A stretch of 64,000 bases of DNA from an uncultured Candidatus Saccharibacteria bacterium (lineage in GTDB: Bacteria; Patescibacteriota; Doudnabacteria; UBA920). Below are positions 8,327 to 16,373 of this stretch, one piece after another (the stretch's first letter is position 1; each line of letters starts with the position of its first letter). The position numbers were made by a program, and so were the translations under genes. The stretch is taken from assembly GCA_964436545.1 (NCBI GenBank), contig CAYTCJ010000001.1, positions 142,392 to 206,391 on the forward strand, written 5' to 3'. The notes beneath the pieces are model-generated. The model searched no databases, was not told the origin of the DNA, and saw only the letters and a program-made list of their open reading frames with translations.

Positions 8327-8616
8327 AGCAAAAATTTTGGCTTCACTAAGAGTGCCGACTTTTTCCTTCCGTTTGTGCCGGAAAAAATATCGGGTTGGTT
8401 ATTTACTTGATATTTAATTTGCTCTCCTAATTCTTCAATTATTTTTCTTTTTACAATGCTAGTGAGAGGTTTATTAAATTCATTTATTTTTATTCTCCCA
8501 CCCGATAAATCCCATTGCCCAAATTTGTCCTTTAAAACTAAAAGTTTGCCTTTAAATGTAAAGAATATTTTGACAGCCACAAAAAATAGTTCTTTGTGTT
8601 TGTTGTTTTTATCCAT
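8302..8616 (-). pseudogene. Nudix hydrolase, frameshifted at a homopolymer
   Basis: Nudix-box-like GGRIKINEFNKPLTSIVKRKIIEELG. Sensible Nudix sequence continues in the -1 frame after the A6 run at 8382-8387. Confidence 0.6.
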
Positions 8617-8622
8617 ATGAGT

Positions 8623-8697
8623 TGGTAGCGCTACCGGGAATCGAACCCGGATTTGTTGGATGAGAACCAACTATCCTAACCATTAGATGATAGCGCC
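8623..8697 (-). tRNA. tRNA-Glu (anticodon CUC) with encoded CCA
   Basis: Hand-folded cloverleaf: 7-bp acceptor, 4-bp D stem, GTTGG/CCAAC anticodon stem with loop TTCTCAT, 4-nt variable loop, CCGGG-TTCGATT-CCCGG T arm. Confidence 0.8.
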
Positions 8698-8915
8698 ATA
8701 TTGGGCAAGAATTATGAATTTTAAATTATGAATTAAGCAATGAGATTTATTTAACATTATCACTTTGCGGGTGACCACCCGAAGGGTGGGTGATAGCGCT
8801 ATAGACAGAATGATGAAAAACCAATTAACATTTACCAGCTTATCACAATGCTTTGTTTTTTTCAATATTTTATGACATAATATAAACACTGCATAGTTAA
8901 AACTTAAAAAGCTAA

Positions 8916-10130
8916 ATGACACAAAAATACAAATTTCCAGAAGGGTTTTTGTGGGGTGCGGCCTCTTCGGCGCATCAAACCGAGGGAAATAACACTAATT
9001 CCGACTGGTGGGCATGGGAAAATAGTCAAAAGCGAATAAATCAATTAAAAACTAAAGGCCTAAACCCCGAAGCTTTTAAAAGTGGAATTGCGGTTGATGC
9101 TTTTAATCGGTTTGATGAAGATTTTGCTTTGGCTAATATGCTAAAACACAATGCCACGCGGTTGTCCATTGAATGGGCCAGGATTGAACCAAAGCCCGGA
9201 GTATTTAACGAAGTAGCTTTAGAGCATTATGAGCAAGTTTTACGCTCTGCAAAATTTTATGGTTTAAAGACGTTCGTAACTTTACACCATTTTACCAATC
9301 CAATTTGGTTTGCTCAAAAAGGAGGTTTTGAGAACCGGGAAAATTTACAATATTTTATCCGCTATGCCAGTAAGATGGCAAGGCGTTTGTCGGAAAACGT
9401 AGATTTTTGGCTTACCATTAATGAACCGGAAGTTTATACTTTATTGAGTTATTGGCAAGGTGTGTTTCCGCCCCATAAAAAAAAGGTGTGGTCAGCGCTG
9501 AAGGTGGCAAAAAATTTGGTTTTGGCGCATAAGTTCGCAGTAAGAGAAATAAAATTTCATAGTCGCTCTCCGGTAAGTATGGCTTTTCACTTATCTAACG
9601 TGGTGGCAAACGGCCCAATTAGTAAGTTATTGGTAAAAATGTATAATCGTGTGTTTGGGCACTACTTTATCGATCAAACCATCAATTTTTGTGATTTTAT
9701 TGGGGTGAATTATTATTTTCAACATCAGATTGGGTGGCCAAATTTAGGAAAGTCATCCTTGAACCCAGATTTAAAAACCGATATTGGTTGGGAAATTCAT
9801 CCGGAAGGTTTAGAACCTGTGCTACTTGGTCTAAAAAAATACGAGAAACCAATATACATTACAGAGAATGGTATTGCGGATCAGCAAGATCATAAGCGTG
9901 AGCAGTTTATTAAAGAACATTTATTTTATGCTCACAAGGCCATAGCGAGCGGGGTAGATTTAAGAGGTTATTTACATTGGTCCTTAACGGATAATTTTGA
10001 ATGGGAAAAAGGTTTTGCGCCTAAGTTTGGTTTAGTTGCGGTTAATCGGGAGCAAAATTTTAAACGACAAGTGAGATTTAGTGCAATAAAATTTGCAGAA
10101 ATTTGTTGGAATAATTTTTTAGAATATTAA
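8916..10130 (+). CDS. beta-glucosidase, glycoside hydrolase family 1
   Basis: GH1 motifs FLWGAASSAHQTEG, TINEP and ITENG. Confidence 0.92.
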   Translation: MTQKYKFPEGFLWGAASSAHQTEGNNTNSDWWAWENSQKRINQLKTKGLNPEAFKSGIAVDAFNRFDEDFALANMLKHNATRLSIEWARIEPKPGVFNEVALEHYEQVLRSAKFYGLKTFVTLHHFTNPIWFAQKGGFENRENLQYFIRYASKMARRLSENVDFWLTINEPEVYTLLSYWQGVFPPHKKKVWSALKVAKNLVLAHKFAVREIKFHSRSPVSMAFHLSNVVANGPISKLLVKMYNRVFGHYFIDQTINFCDFIGVNYYFQHQIGWPNLGKSSLNPDLKTDIGWEIHPEGLEPVLLGLKKYEKPIYITENGIADQQDHKREQFIKEHLFYAHKAIASGVDLRGYLHWSLTDNFEWEKGFAPKFGLVAVNREQNFKRQVRFSAIKFAEICWNNFLEY

Positions 10131-10142
10131 AATTTCTGTATC

Positions 10143-11024
10143 ATGTTAAGTCTACTAACAATTTTACATTATTTGATTGCTGCAATTGTTGACACTTTGG
10201 ATAAATTTTTAATTTCCAAAAGAAAGATTCAGCCCGTGGCTTATACTTTTTGGAGCGTGATTACAGGTTTAGGAATTTTGGCAGTTTGGCCGTGGGTGTA
10301 CGAAAAAATTAGTTTAGGGCAAATGGGCCTAGACTTACTTTCGGGCGTGTTATTTAGTTTGGCCTTATATGTATTTTTAAAAGCCTTGTCCCAAGGTGAA
10401 GTTTCTCGAGTAATTCCGTTTATATTCGGGTTAGTACCCATATTTGATTTGCTGATTGGAAAAATTGTGGGACAAAATGCTTTATTCAGCCAAGAAATTT
10501 CGGCTATCTGTTTATTGGTACCCGGAGCCTTGATTATTTCCTACAAACCAAATTTTTGGGGAAAGCATTTGGTATTAAAGACCATGTCTGCCTTTTTGTG
10601 GAGCTGTAATTTTGCTTTGTGGCAATTTGTTGCCAAAACCGGAAATACGTTTAACCATTTTATGTTTAATCGGTTAGGGGCGGCCGGAATTTTAATTTTG
10701 TTTTTGGTTTGGCCGTACTACCGAACTTTGGTTTTTAAAAGAGAAACGGAAAGTAAACGTAAAGGCACAGTTGGTTTGTTTTTATTTAAACAAGTTTTGG
10801 GCGGGGCGAATATGATTTTTTTCAGTTGGTTGATTGTAGTGGGTAAAATTCCGTTGGTAAATGCTTTGCAGGGGTTTAGGTATGTGTTTTTATTCTTAGG
10901 AGCGTTATTCCTAAGTAAGAAAATGAAGCATTTATTAGAAGAAGATATTACTTCTAAAGTGGTAATGCAAAAAGTATGTGGGTTAGTTTTGATTATTTTA
11001 GGCACATTAGTATTATTTTTATAA
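10143..11024 (+). CDS. DMT/EamA-like multi-pass membrane transporter (tentative)
   Basis: 293 aa with about 10 hydrophobic segments; family call is by general resemblance only. Confidence 0.5.
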   Translation: MLSLLTILHYLIAAIVDTLDKFLISKRKIQPVAYTFWSVITGLGILAVWPWVYEKISLGQMGLDLLSGVLFSLALYVFLKALSQGEVSRVIPFIFGLVPIFDLLIGKIVGQNALFSQEISAICLLVPGALIISYKPNFWGKHLVLKTMSAFLWSCNFALWQFVAKTGNTFNHFMFNRLGAAGILILFLVWPYYRTLVFKRETESKRKGTVGLFLFKQVLGGANMIFFSWLIVVGKIPLVNALQGFRYVFLFLGALFLSKKMKHLLEEDITSKVVMQKVCGLVLIILGTLVLFL

Positions 11025-11025
11025 T

Positions 11026-11191
11026 CAAGGACCTACGCTCTTGCCACTTTAGACTTGGCAGAGCCAAGCCCTTAAAGTGGCTTTGGTCAATTTCTTCGTT
11101 AAAATACTGTGGTTTTTGTCGCCGTAGCTCCACTACGCCTCCAAAAATCCTCGTATTTTGCCTAGAAATTGCCTCAAAAGCGTAAGTCCTG
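11026..11191 (+). mobile_element. MITE-like structured repeat, copy A
   Basis: Terminal inverted repeats CAAGGACCTACGC/GCGTAAGTCCTG; flanked by ATAAT on both sides; starts 1 nt after the stop codon of the upstream gene. Confidence 0.75.
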
Positions 11192-11199
11192 ATAATAAA

Positions 11200-11238
11200 G
11201 AATACGGACTTCTGGGACATTCCCAGAAGTCCGTATTC
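11200..11238 (+). other. perfect 18-bp stem hairpin just upstream of the GH gene RBS
   Basis: GAATACGGACTTCTGGGA-CAT-TCCCAGAAGTCCGTATTC; ends 13 nt before the ATG at 11252. Confidence 0.7.
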
Positions 11239-11251
11239 TGGGGGAATATGA

Positions 11252-12232
11252 ATGAAAAAAAATTTGTTAAAATTATTGATTGGTTTTGTGGTAATTTTGG
11301 TTTTTTTATCTTTCTACGCCGGCAAAAAGGCTAAAACAATTGTTTACGGGATTACTTTTAGTCCTTACCAAGCAATTGAGTTAGGTTTAGATTGGCGGGC
11401 AACTTATTTGGCGCTTTTAGATGAAGTTGGCGTTAAACATTTGCGCTTGAGTGCGTATTGGAACCGAGTAGAGCCAAAGGCCGGCGAGTTTGATTGGACC
11501 GATTTGGATTTTCAAATTCAAGAAGCGCAAAAGCGAAAGGCGCAAATTGTTTTAGCCGTAGGCCGGCGTTTACCACGTTGGCCGGAGTGTCATGACCCAG
11601 AATGGCTTGCCAAAAAAGATTTTGCCCCAAGTTTAATGGCTTATGTGGAAGCGGTGGTGAATCGTTATAAAAATAATCCGGCGGTGGTTATGTGGCAGGT
11701 GGAGAACGAAGCCTTTCATTCGGTGTTTGGCATTTGTCCTAAATTAGACACCGCTTTGTTCGATAAAGAGATTGCTTTGGTAAAACAGTTAGACCCCGGC
11801 CGGCCCGTAGTCATTACCGATAGTGGCGAATTATCTTTGTGGCTGAAAGCTGGAAAAAGAGGCGATGCGTTTGGCTCTACTTTGTATCGGCACGTATTTT
11901 CCGATGTGTTTAACCGTTATTGGATAAACTATAATCCGTATTGGCTTTATCGGGCAAAAGGTGGTTTAATGAAATTATTGAATGGAAAAAAAGAATTAAT
12001 GATTATTGAGCTTCAGGCCGAACCCTGGACTACTAAGGGAATTTTAGGCACCTCCATTGAAGAGCAGTTTAAAACCATGAGTATGGAAAAGTTTAAAACC
12101 ATACTTTCCGTAGGCAAAGCGATTGGTTTTGAAAAACAGTATTTATGGGGTGGGGAATGGTGGTATTGGATGAAGCAAAACGGGCACCCGGAATTCTGGG
12201 AAACAGCAAGAATATTAATGAACAAAAATTAA
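11252..12232 (+). CDS. membrane-anchored glycoside hydrolase (clan GH-A TIM-barrel-like)
   Basis: N-terminal TM anchor. The HLRLSAYWNRVEP motif and QVENEA (catalytic NE-type motif) are typical of GH-A hydrolases; exact family unknown. Confidence 0.65.
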   Translation: MKKNLLKLLIGFVVILVFLSFYAGKKAKTIVYGITFSPYQAIELGLDWRATYLALLDEVGVKHLRLSAYWNRVEPKAGEFDWTDLDFQIQEAQKRKAQIVLAVGRRLPRWPECHDPEWLAKKDFAPSLMAYVEAVVNRYKNNPAVVMWQVENEAFHSVFGICPKLDTALFDKEIALVKQLDPGRPVVITDSGELSLWLKAGKRGDAFGSTLYRHVFSDVFNRYWINYNPYWLYRAKGGLMKLLNGKKELMIIELQAEPWTTKGILGTSIEEQFKTMSMEKFKTILSVGKAIGFEKQYLWGGEWWYWMKQNGHPEFWETARILMNKN

Positions 12233-12237
12233 AAAAT

Positions 12238-12402
12238 TAGGACTTCCGCTCTTGCCACTTAAACTTCGGCAGAGCCGAAGTTCTAAAGTGGCTTTGGTCA
12301 ATTTCTTCGTTAAAATGCTCCGTTATTTGTCGCCGTAGCAAAACTACGGCTCCAAATATACTCGCATTTTGCCTCGAACTTGACTCAAAAGCGTAAGTCC
12401 TA
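12238..12402 (+). mobile_element. MITE-like structured repeat, copy B
   Basis: TAGGACTT...AAGTCCTA termini; differs from copy C at one position by eye; begins 5 nt after the GH stop codon. Confidence 0.8.
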
Positions 12403-12483
12403 AAATGACAAAAACGACGAAAGCTTTGTCTATTAGTAGCATACTTTTTGTCAATTTTGTTCATTTGTGTAAATTTTGTCAAT

Positions 12484-13245
12484 ATGAATAACATTGTTGG
12501 TTTGGATATTGGCGGAACTAAAATCAATGGCGTGGTGGTTAGTGGAAAAACCATTTTACAAGAACTTACAGTGGCAACCCCCAAAAGTTGGCCGGAATTT
12601 AAAGTTGCCATTAAAGCCATGGTTAAGCAGTTAAATGCAGGGTATAAAATTTTCGCAGTGGGAGTAGGGATCCCTGGGGCAATAAATAACCACGGCAAAG
12701 TGCTTTATGCTCCCAACTTACCCTATTTAGTCAACCGAAATTTATTAGGTTTTTTACAAACCTTAAGCGTTAAAAAGATAAGTATTGAGAACGATGCCAA
12801 CTGTTTTGCTTTGGCGGAAGCTTATTTGGGGCAAGGACAAGGTTTAAAAAATTTTATAGGCATAACTTTGGGCACGGGGATTGGCGGAGGTTTAATTTCC
12901 AATGGGCAACTGTATGTTGGATTGCATGGGAGCGCATGCGAAGTCGGGCATATGATGGCAGACGAGCGCAATACCTATGAGGAATTATTCCAAATTTATC
13001 GGGAACAAAATAATTATTCGGCTTTGGGGAAATTATTAGGCCGACTGTGGGCGGATATTTATAACTTAATAGATGTGGAAGCGATTATTTTAGGCGGGAG
13101 TGTAACCAAATCCGCCAATCAATTTTTGGCTTATGCTTTGGCGGAATCACAACAGAGAATTTTAAATAAGCGTATCCGGCCCAAAATAATTATTTCTAAA
13201 TTAAATAATGCCGGCTCTTTAGGCGCGGCATTATTACCTTTATAG
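12484..13245 (+). CDS. ROK-family sugar kinase (glucokinase-like)
   Basis: IVGLDIGGTKI N-terminal ATP motif and a GSACEVGH ROK signature region. Start set at the ATG at 12484. Confidence 0.85.
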   Translation: MNNIVGLDIGGTKINGVVVSGKTILQELTVATPKSWPEFKVAIKAMVKQLNAGYKIFAVGVGIPGAINNHGKVLYAPNLPYLVNRNLLGFLQTLSVKKISIENDANCFALAEAYLGQGQGLKNFIGITLGTGIGGGLISNGQLYVGLHGSACEVGHMMADERNTYEELFQIYREQNNYSALGKLLGRLWADIYNLIDVEAIILGGSVTKSANQFLAYALAESQQRILNKRIRPKIIISKLNNAGSLGAALLPL

Positions 13246-13407
13246 GACTTCCGCTCTTGCCACTTAAACTTCGGCAGAGCCGAAGTTCTAAAGTGGCTTT
13301 GGTCAATTTCTTCGTTAAAATGCTCCGTTATTTGTCGCCGTAGCAAAACTACGGCTCCAAATATACTCGCATTTTGTCTCGAACTTGACTCAAAAGCGTA
13401 AGTCCTA
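13243..13407 (+). mobile_element. MITE-like structured repeat, copy C
   Basis: Nearly identical to copy B; its first three bases TAG form the stop codon of the ROK kinase gene. Confidence 0.8.
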
Positions 13408-13428
13408 CTTTGTTAAAAAAAATAGGGT

Positions 13429-14136
13429 TTATTTCTCTTCGTCATCTTCATCCTCATCATCTTCATCTTCTTCTTCGTCATCTTCATTGTCGTCGGATGT
13501 GGGCTCATGAGCAGTCTGGTCCACAAGCGGTTGGTCGGATACGGGAGGTTGAGTGGGCGGAGTATCGGAAGGATTTAAGTCCGGTAAGGGGTTTTCCGGA
13601 TTAAAGATTTGACTTTCGGGCAATTTGATTTGCGCGACTAATTTTTCGAATTCGGGTAAGTCTGCTGTGGAGTTAAGGCCCATGTGGGATAAAAATTCGG
13701 TAGTGGTTTGGTAGACAAAACTTCTGGCATCGTTTAAGCTGGGAGTTTTTTCTATTAAGCCACGCATAAGTAAATGTCGTATGCTGTATTGGGAATTTAC
13801 TCCTCTAATGGCTTCAATTTCAGCTTTGGAAATGGGTTGTCTGTAGGCAATAATGCCCAAAACTTCCACGCTGGCATCGGTAAGTTTTTCTCTAAGCTCA
13901 GCGTTTAAAAAGTTTTTAACCACAGTGGAGTTTTCCGCGTTGGTCGCCATTTGGTATTCGCCGTTATTGTCTAAAATGACTACTCCGGAATTTTGTTTGC
14001 CGGCAATTAGGGTTTGTAGGGCCGGTTGAATAACTTCTGCCGGTTGGTCCAATAATTTGGAAAAATCCTTTACACTTAAAGGTTTACTGGAAACAAACAA
14101 CAGACTTTCAATTATTGAGGGAAGATTGTTGGACAT
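13429..14136 (-). CDS. scpB: segregation and condensation protein B with poly-acidic C-terminal tail
   Basis: ScpB-like double winged-helix region (IESLLFVS, IIAYRQPISKAEIEAIRGV); sits next to scpA. Confidence 0.88.
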   Translation of the reverse strand: MSNNLPSIIESLLFVSSKPLSVKDFSKLLDQPAEVIQPALQTLIAGKQNSGVVILDNNGEYQMATNAENSTVVKNFLNAELREKLTDASVEVLGIIAYRQPISKAEIEAIRGVNSQYSIRHLLMRGLIEKTPSLNDARSFVYQTTTEFLSHMGLNSTADLPEFEKLVAQIKLPESQIFNPENPLPDLNPSDTPPTQPPVSDQPLVDQTAHEPTSDDNEDDEEEDEDDEDEDDEEK

Positions 14137-14149
14137 AAAAATAATAATA

Positions 14150-14386
14150 CTATTTTAATTTTAACATAATATATAAACCTAAAGCGATTAAACCAAAACT
14201 GTAAAGTAAAATGGTGGGTTTGGGGCCAAAAAAATTTTTTTCCACACCGGTTGGTTTTTCGGGCAGTTTTACCCAGCCATTGTTTATCAGCCAGCCCAGC
14301 GTGGCTTGGTTTACGGAATTTATGGCTAACGAACCATAAACAATTCCACTAATAATTAAGATTAATCCGATGGTGATTGAATTCAT
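14150..14386 (-). CDS. small membrane protein (78 aa)
   Basis: Two hydrophobic helices, between scpB and scpA. Confidence 0.5.
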   Translation of the reverse strand: MNSITIGLILIISGIVYGSLAINSVNQATLGWLINNGWVKLPEKPTGVEKNFFGPKPTILLYSFGLIALGLYIMLKLK

Positions 14387-14401
14387 TGGTTGGTAATCGG
14401 T

Positions 14402-15103
14402 TTACGTTTGTTTTTTTATAACTACTTCGGCAAATAAGGTTTCTTGCTCGGCGCTGAATAACCGCTGTTTAATTAATTCCAGTAAGGCTAAAAAAGTTAC
14501 AATAATTTCGTCTTTATTCTTGGCTTGGCTGATTAAATCGCTTAACTTGGTTTCAATTTGAGAGGAAAGTTGACCTTGCAAGTGGTCAATTTTTTCTTGA
14601 ATGGAAATGGCTTCTTTAATTTTAGCTTTGGGCAGATTATCCAGCTCTTTAAGTGCGGATAAGATTTTTAGAATGCTTTTGTGTAAAGTTTCGGCCGAAA
14701 CGGAAGGATCGGGAAAAAAGTTAATTTTTTCTTCAAAGGTTAGAATCCTGCCCCAGCTTTGTCTGCGTTTGTTGTCTTGATGTTTTAAAAATTTGGCAAC
14801 TTCTTTAAATTGTTTATAGAGCAATAATTTACCTTCCAAATCAACTCCCGGATCTTCTTCTTCGGTAGTAATTTCTAAAGTGGGGAGAATGGCTTTGGAT
14901 TTAATTACCAAAAGTTTGGCAGCAATAGCTAAGTAATCGGCTAAGGTGGTTGGGTCAATGTCTTTAAGTTGTTTAATGTATTGCAAAAATTGCTCGGTAA
15001 CGTCTGCCAGAGCAATGGTGGTAATGTCCAATTGTCTTTGTTCAATTAAACTTAGCAGTAAATCCAACGGGCCTTCAAAGTGTTTGGTTTTGGTGTGAAG
15101 CAT
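14402..15103 (-). CDS. scpA: segregation and condensation protein A
   Basis: FEGPLDLLLSLIEQRQLDITTIALADVTEQF is a typical ScpA N-terminus. Confidence 0.9.
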   Translation of the reverse strand: MLHTKTKHFEGPLDLLLSLIEQRQLDITTIALADVTEQFLQYIKQLKDIDPTTLADYLAIAAKLLVIKSKAILPTLEITTEEEDPGVDLEGKLLLYKQFKEVAKFLKHQDNKRRQSWGRILTFEEKINFFPDPSVSAETLHKSILKILSALKELDNLPKAKIKEAISIQEKIDHLQGQLSSQIETKLSDLISQAKNKDEIIVTFLALLELIKQRLFSAEQETLFAEVVIKKQT

Positions 15104-15111
15104 GCTTTTGT

Positions 15112-15517
15112 CTTGTCATCCCGTCCGCCAGCTGGCGGATTGATGCGGGATCCAGTTTATTTGATCAAGTTATTATATAAGTCTTGCCATTCAGGATTTT
15201 GTTTTTCAATTAAATCCAATTTCCATTTTCTTTTCCACTTTTTAAGCTGTTTTTCTCTTTCAATCGCAGATATTACTTCATTAGTTTGTTCATAATATAC
15301 TAAGGTGTGACATTTGTATCTCTTTGTAAAACCATCTGCTAAATTGTTTTTGTGTTGCCATGTTCTTTTTATTAAATCATTTGTGATCCCAATGTACAAA
15401 GTGCCGTTTCTTTTGCTTGCCATAATATATACATAGTAGTTTTTTTGATTTTTATACTTCATTGGGTGTTTTGTGTCTGGATCCCGCATCTCGGATGCAC
15501 TCGTGCGGGATGACAAG
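15112..15517 (-). mobile_element. GIY-YIG ORF enclosed by roughly 44-bp imperfect inverted-repeat arms
   Basis: Left arm CTTGTCATCCCG...GCGGGATCCAG (15112-15155) and right arm CTGGATCCCGC...CGGGATGACAAG (15477-15517) are reverse complements at both ends. Confidence 0.7.
15157..15462 (-). CDS. stand-alone GIY-YIG nuclease domain protein (101 aa)
   Basis: YYVYIMASKRNGTLYIGITNDLIKRTWQH and conserved E in AIEREKQLKKW. Start set at the internal ATG at 15462 because the track N-terminus runs through the repeat arm. Confidence 0.8.
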   Translation of the reverse strand: MKYKNQKNYYVYIMASKRNGTLYIGITNDLIKRTWQHKNNLADGFTKRYKCHTLVYYEQTNEVISAIEREKQLKKWKRKWKLDLIEKQNPEWQDLYNNLIK

Positions 15518-15541
15518 AAGGACAAGGAAGGGAGCTGGTAG

Positions 15542-16048
15542 TTATCGTTTTGTTTTTGAGAAAACACCCTTTATAGGTAAAACCAACTTCTCAAAATCTT
15601 TCATTGATAACTCAAAGCTGTCAGTATAAGAGCCGGCAGATGAAATAAGTTTTTTGCTCTTGGACATTCCTTTATCTAACAAGGTTTTAACATTATATTG
15701 ACTCCCAAACGGGTGTAAAAGGCCAATTTTAGTTTTTAGTTTTGCTTTAATTTCCTTTTCTGTGGCGAGGCTGACCTTTTTTGCCTTTAGAGCGGTTTTA
15801 ATTCCTTTTAAATCTAAATATTTACCTGCTGGCAGAACAATTAAAACAAAGTCTTTATCTGCACGCACTAAAACCACCTTAGCAATGTCGCTAAGTTTTC
15901 GTTTAGTGGTTTGGGCTAAATCGTGCGCCGTATACACGACTTTGTGTTTAAGTAAATTATACTTAACTTTGGTTTTATCTAAGAATTTGGTTAAATCGTT
16001 AGACAGTTTGGTGATTTTTGGATTTTTTTTCTTCATATTTTTTTTCAA
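15542..16048 (-). CDS. YbaK/aminoacyl-tRNA editing domain protein
   Basis: YbaK-like pattern (KVVLVRADKDFVLIVLPAGKYLDLKGIK ... HPFG). Confidence 0.7.
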   Translation of the reverse strand: MKKNMKKKNPKITKLSNDLTKFLDKTKVKYNLLKHKVVYTAHDLAQTTKRKLSDIAKVVLVRADKDFVLIVLPAGKYLDLKGIKTALKAKKVSLATEKEIKAKLKTKIGLLHPFGSQYNVKTLLDKGMSKSKKLISSAGSYTDSFELSMKDFEKLVLPIKGVFSKTKR

Positions 16049-16301
16049 TTTTTTTACCTATTAAATATAGTAAGGTCATATTTATTAACATAGGAATTAT
16101 AGTTACTAAAACTATTCCAACCTGATAAGGGATATTTGGGAATATAGAATAGAGTGGGCCTGAAATAAAAGACATAAAAAAACTCCATGGTAAAGTTAGT
16201 GTGCCAACAAAAAGCAATATCCCCATCGGCAGAGCAAAGACAAAGTAAATGGTCAAAATAAAATAAATAAGTGGCAGGATAATTTTCCAATGAAGTTTCA
16301 T
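15999..16301 (-). CDS. small membrane protein (100 aa)
   Basis: Three hydrophobic segments; overlaps the next gene's start by about 50 nt. Confidence 0.45.
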   Translation of the reverse strand: MKLHWKIILPLIYFILTIYFVFALPMGILLFVGTLTLPWSFFMSFISGPLYSIFPNIPYQVGIVLVTIIPMLINMTLLYLIGKKIEKKYEEKKSKNHQTV

Positions 16302-16373
16302 ATTTGTTGTTTTTGGTATATCTTTGAATATCTATGTATATTAGGACATATAGGACTAATTAGACGAATAAGA

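Noticed and set aside
10976-13346. ORF-track ORFs crossing the MITE copies (10976-11185 +, 10993-11220 -, 12237-12698 -, 13131-13346 -, and also 20865-21047 +). They give recurring peptides such as RRQ..HFNEEIDQSHF..ALP.(F/L)KWQER.
   Set aside because: The shared peptides are translations of the repeat itself. The ORFs overlap better-supported genes or intergenic repeats and have no independent start signals.
13410-13604. His/Leu-rich plus-strand ORF (HLHPHHLHLLLRHLH).
   Set aside because: It is the antisense reading of the poly-acidic C-terminal tail of scpB.
15080-15295. ORFs running through hairpin-element arms (15080-15295 +, 35397-35582 -, 6046-6243 -).
   Set aside because: These are translations of inverted or tandem repeats. 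They have no start signals and no domain content.
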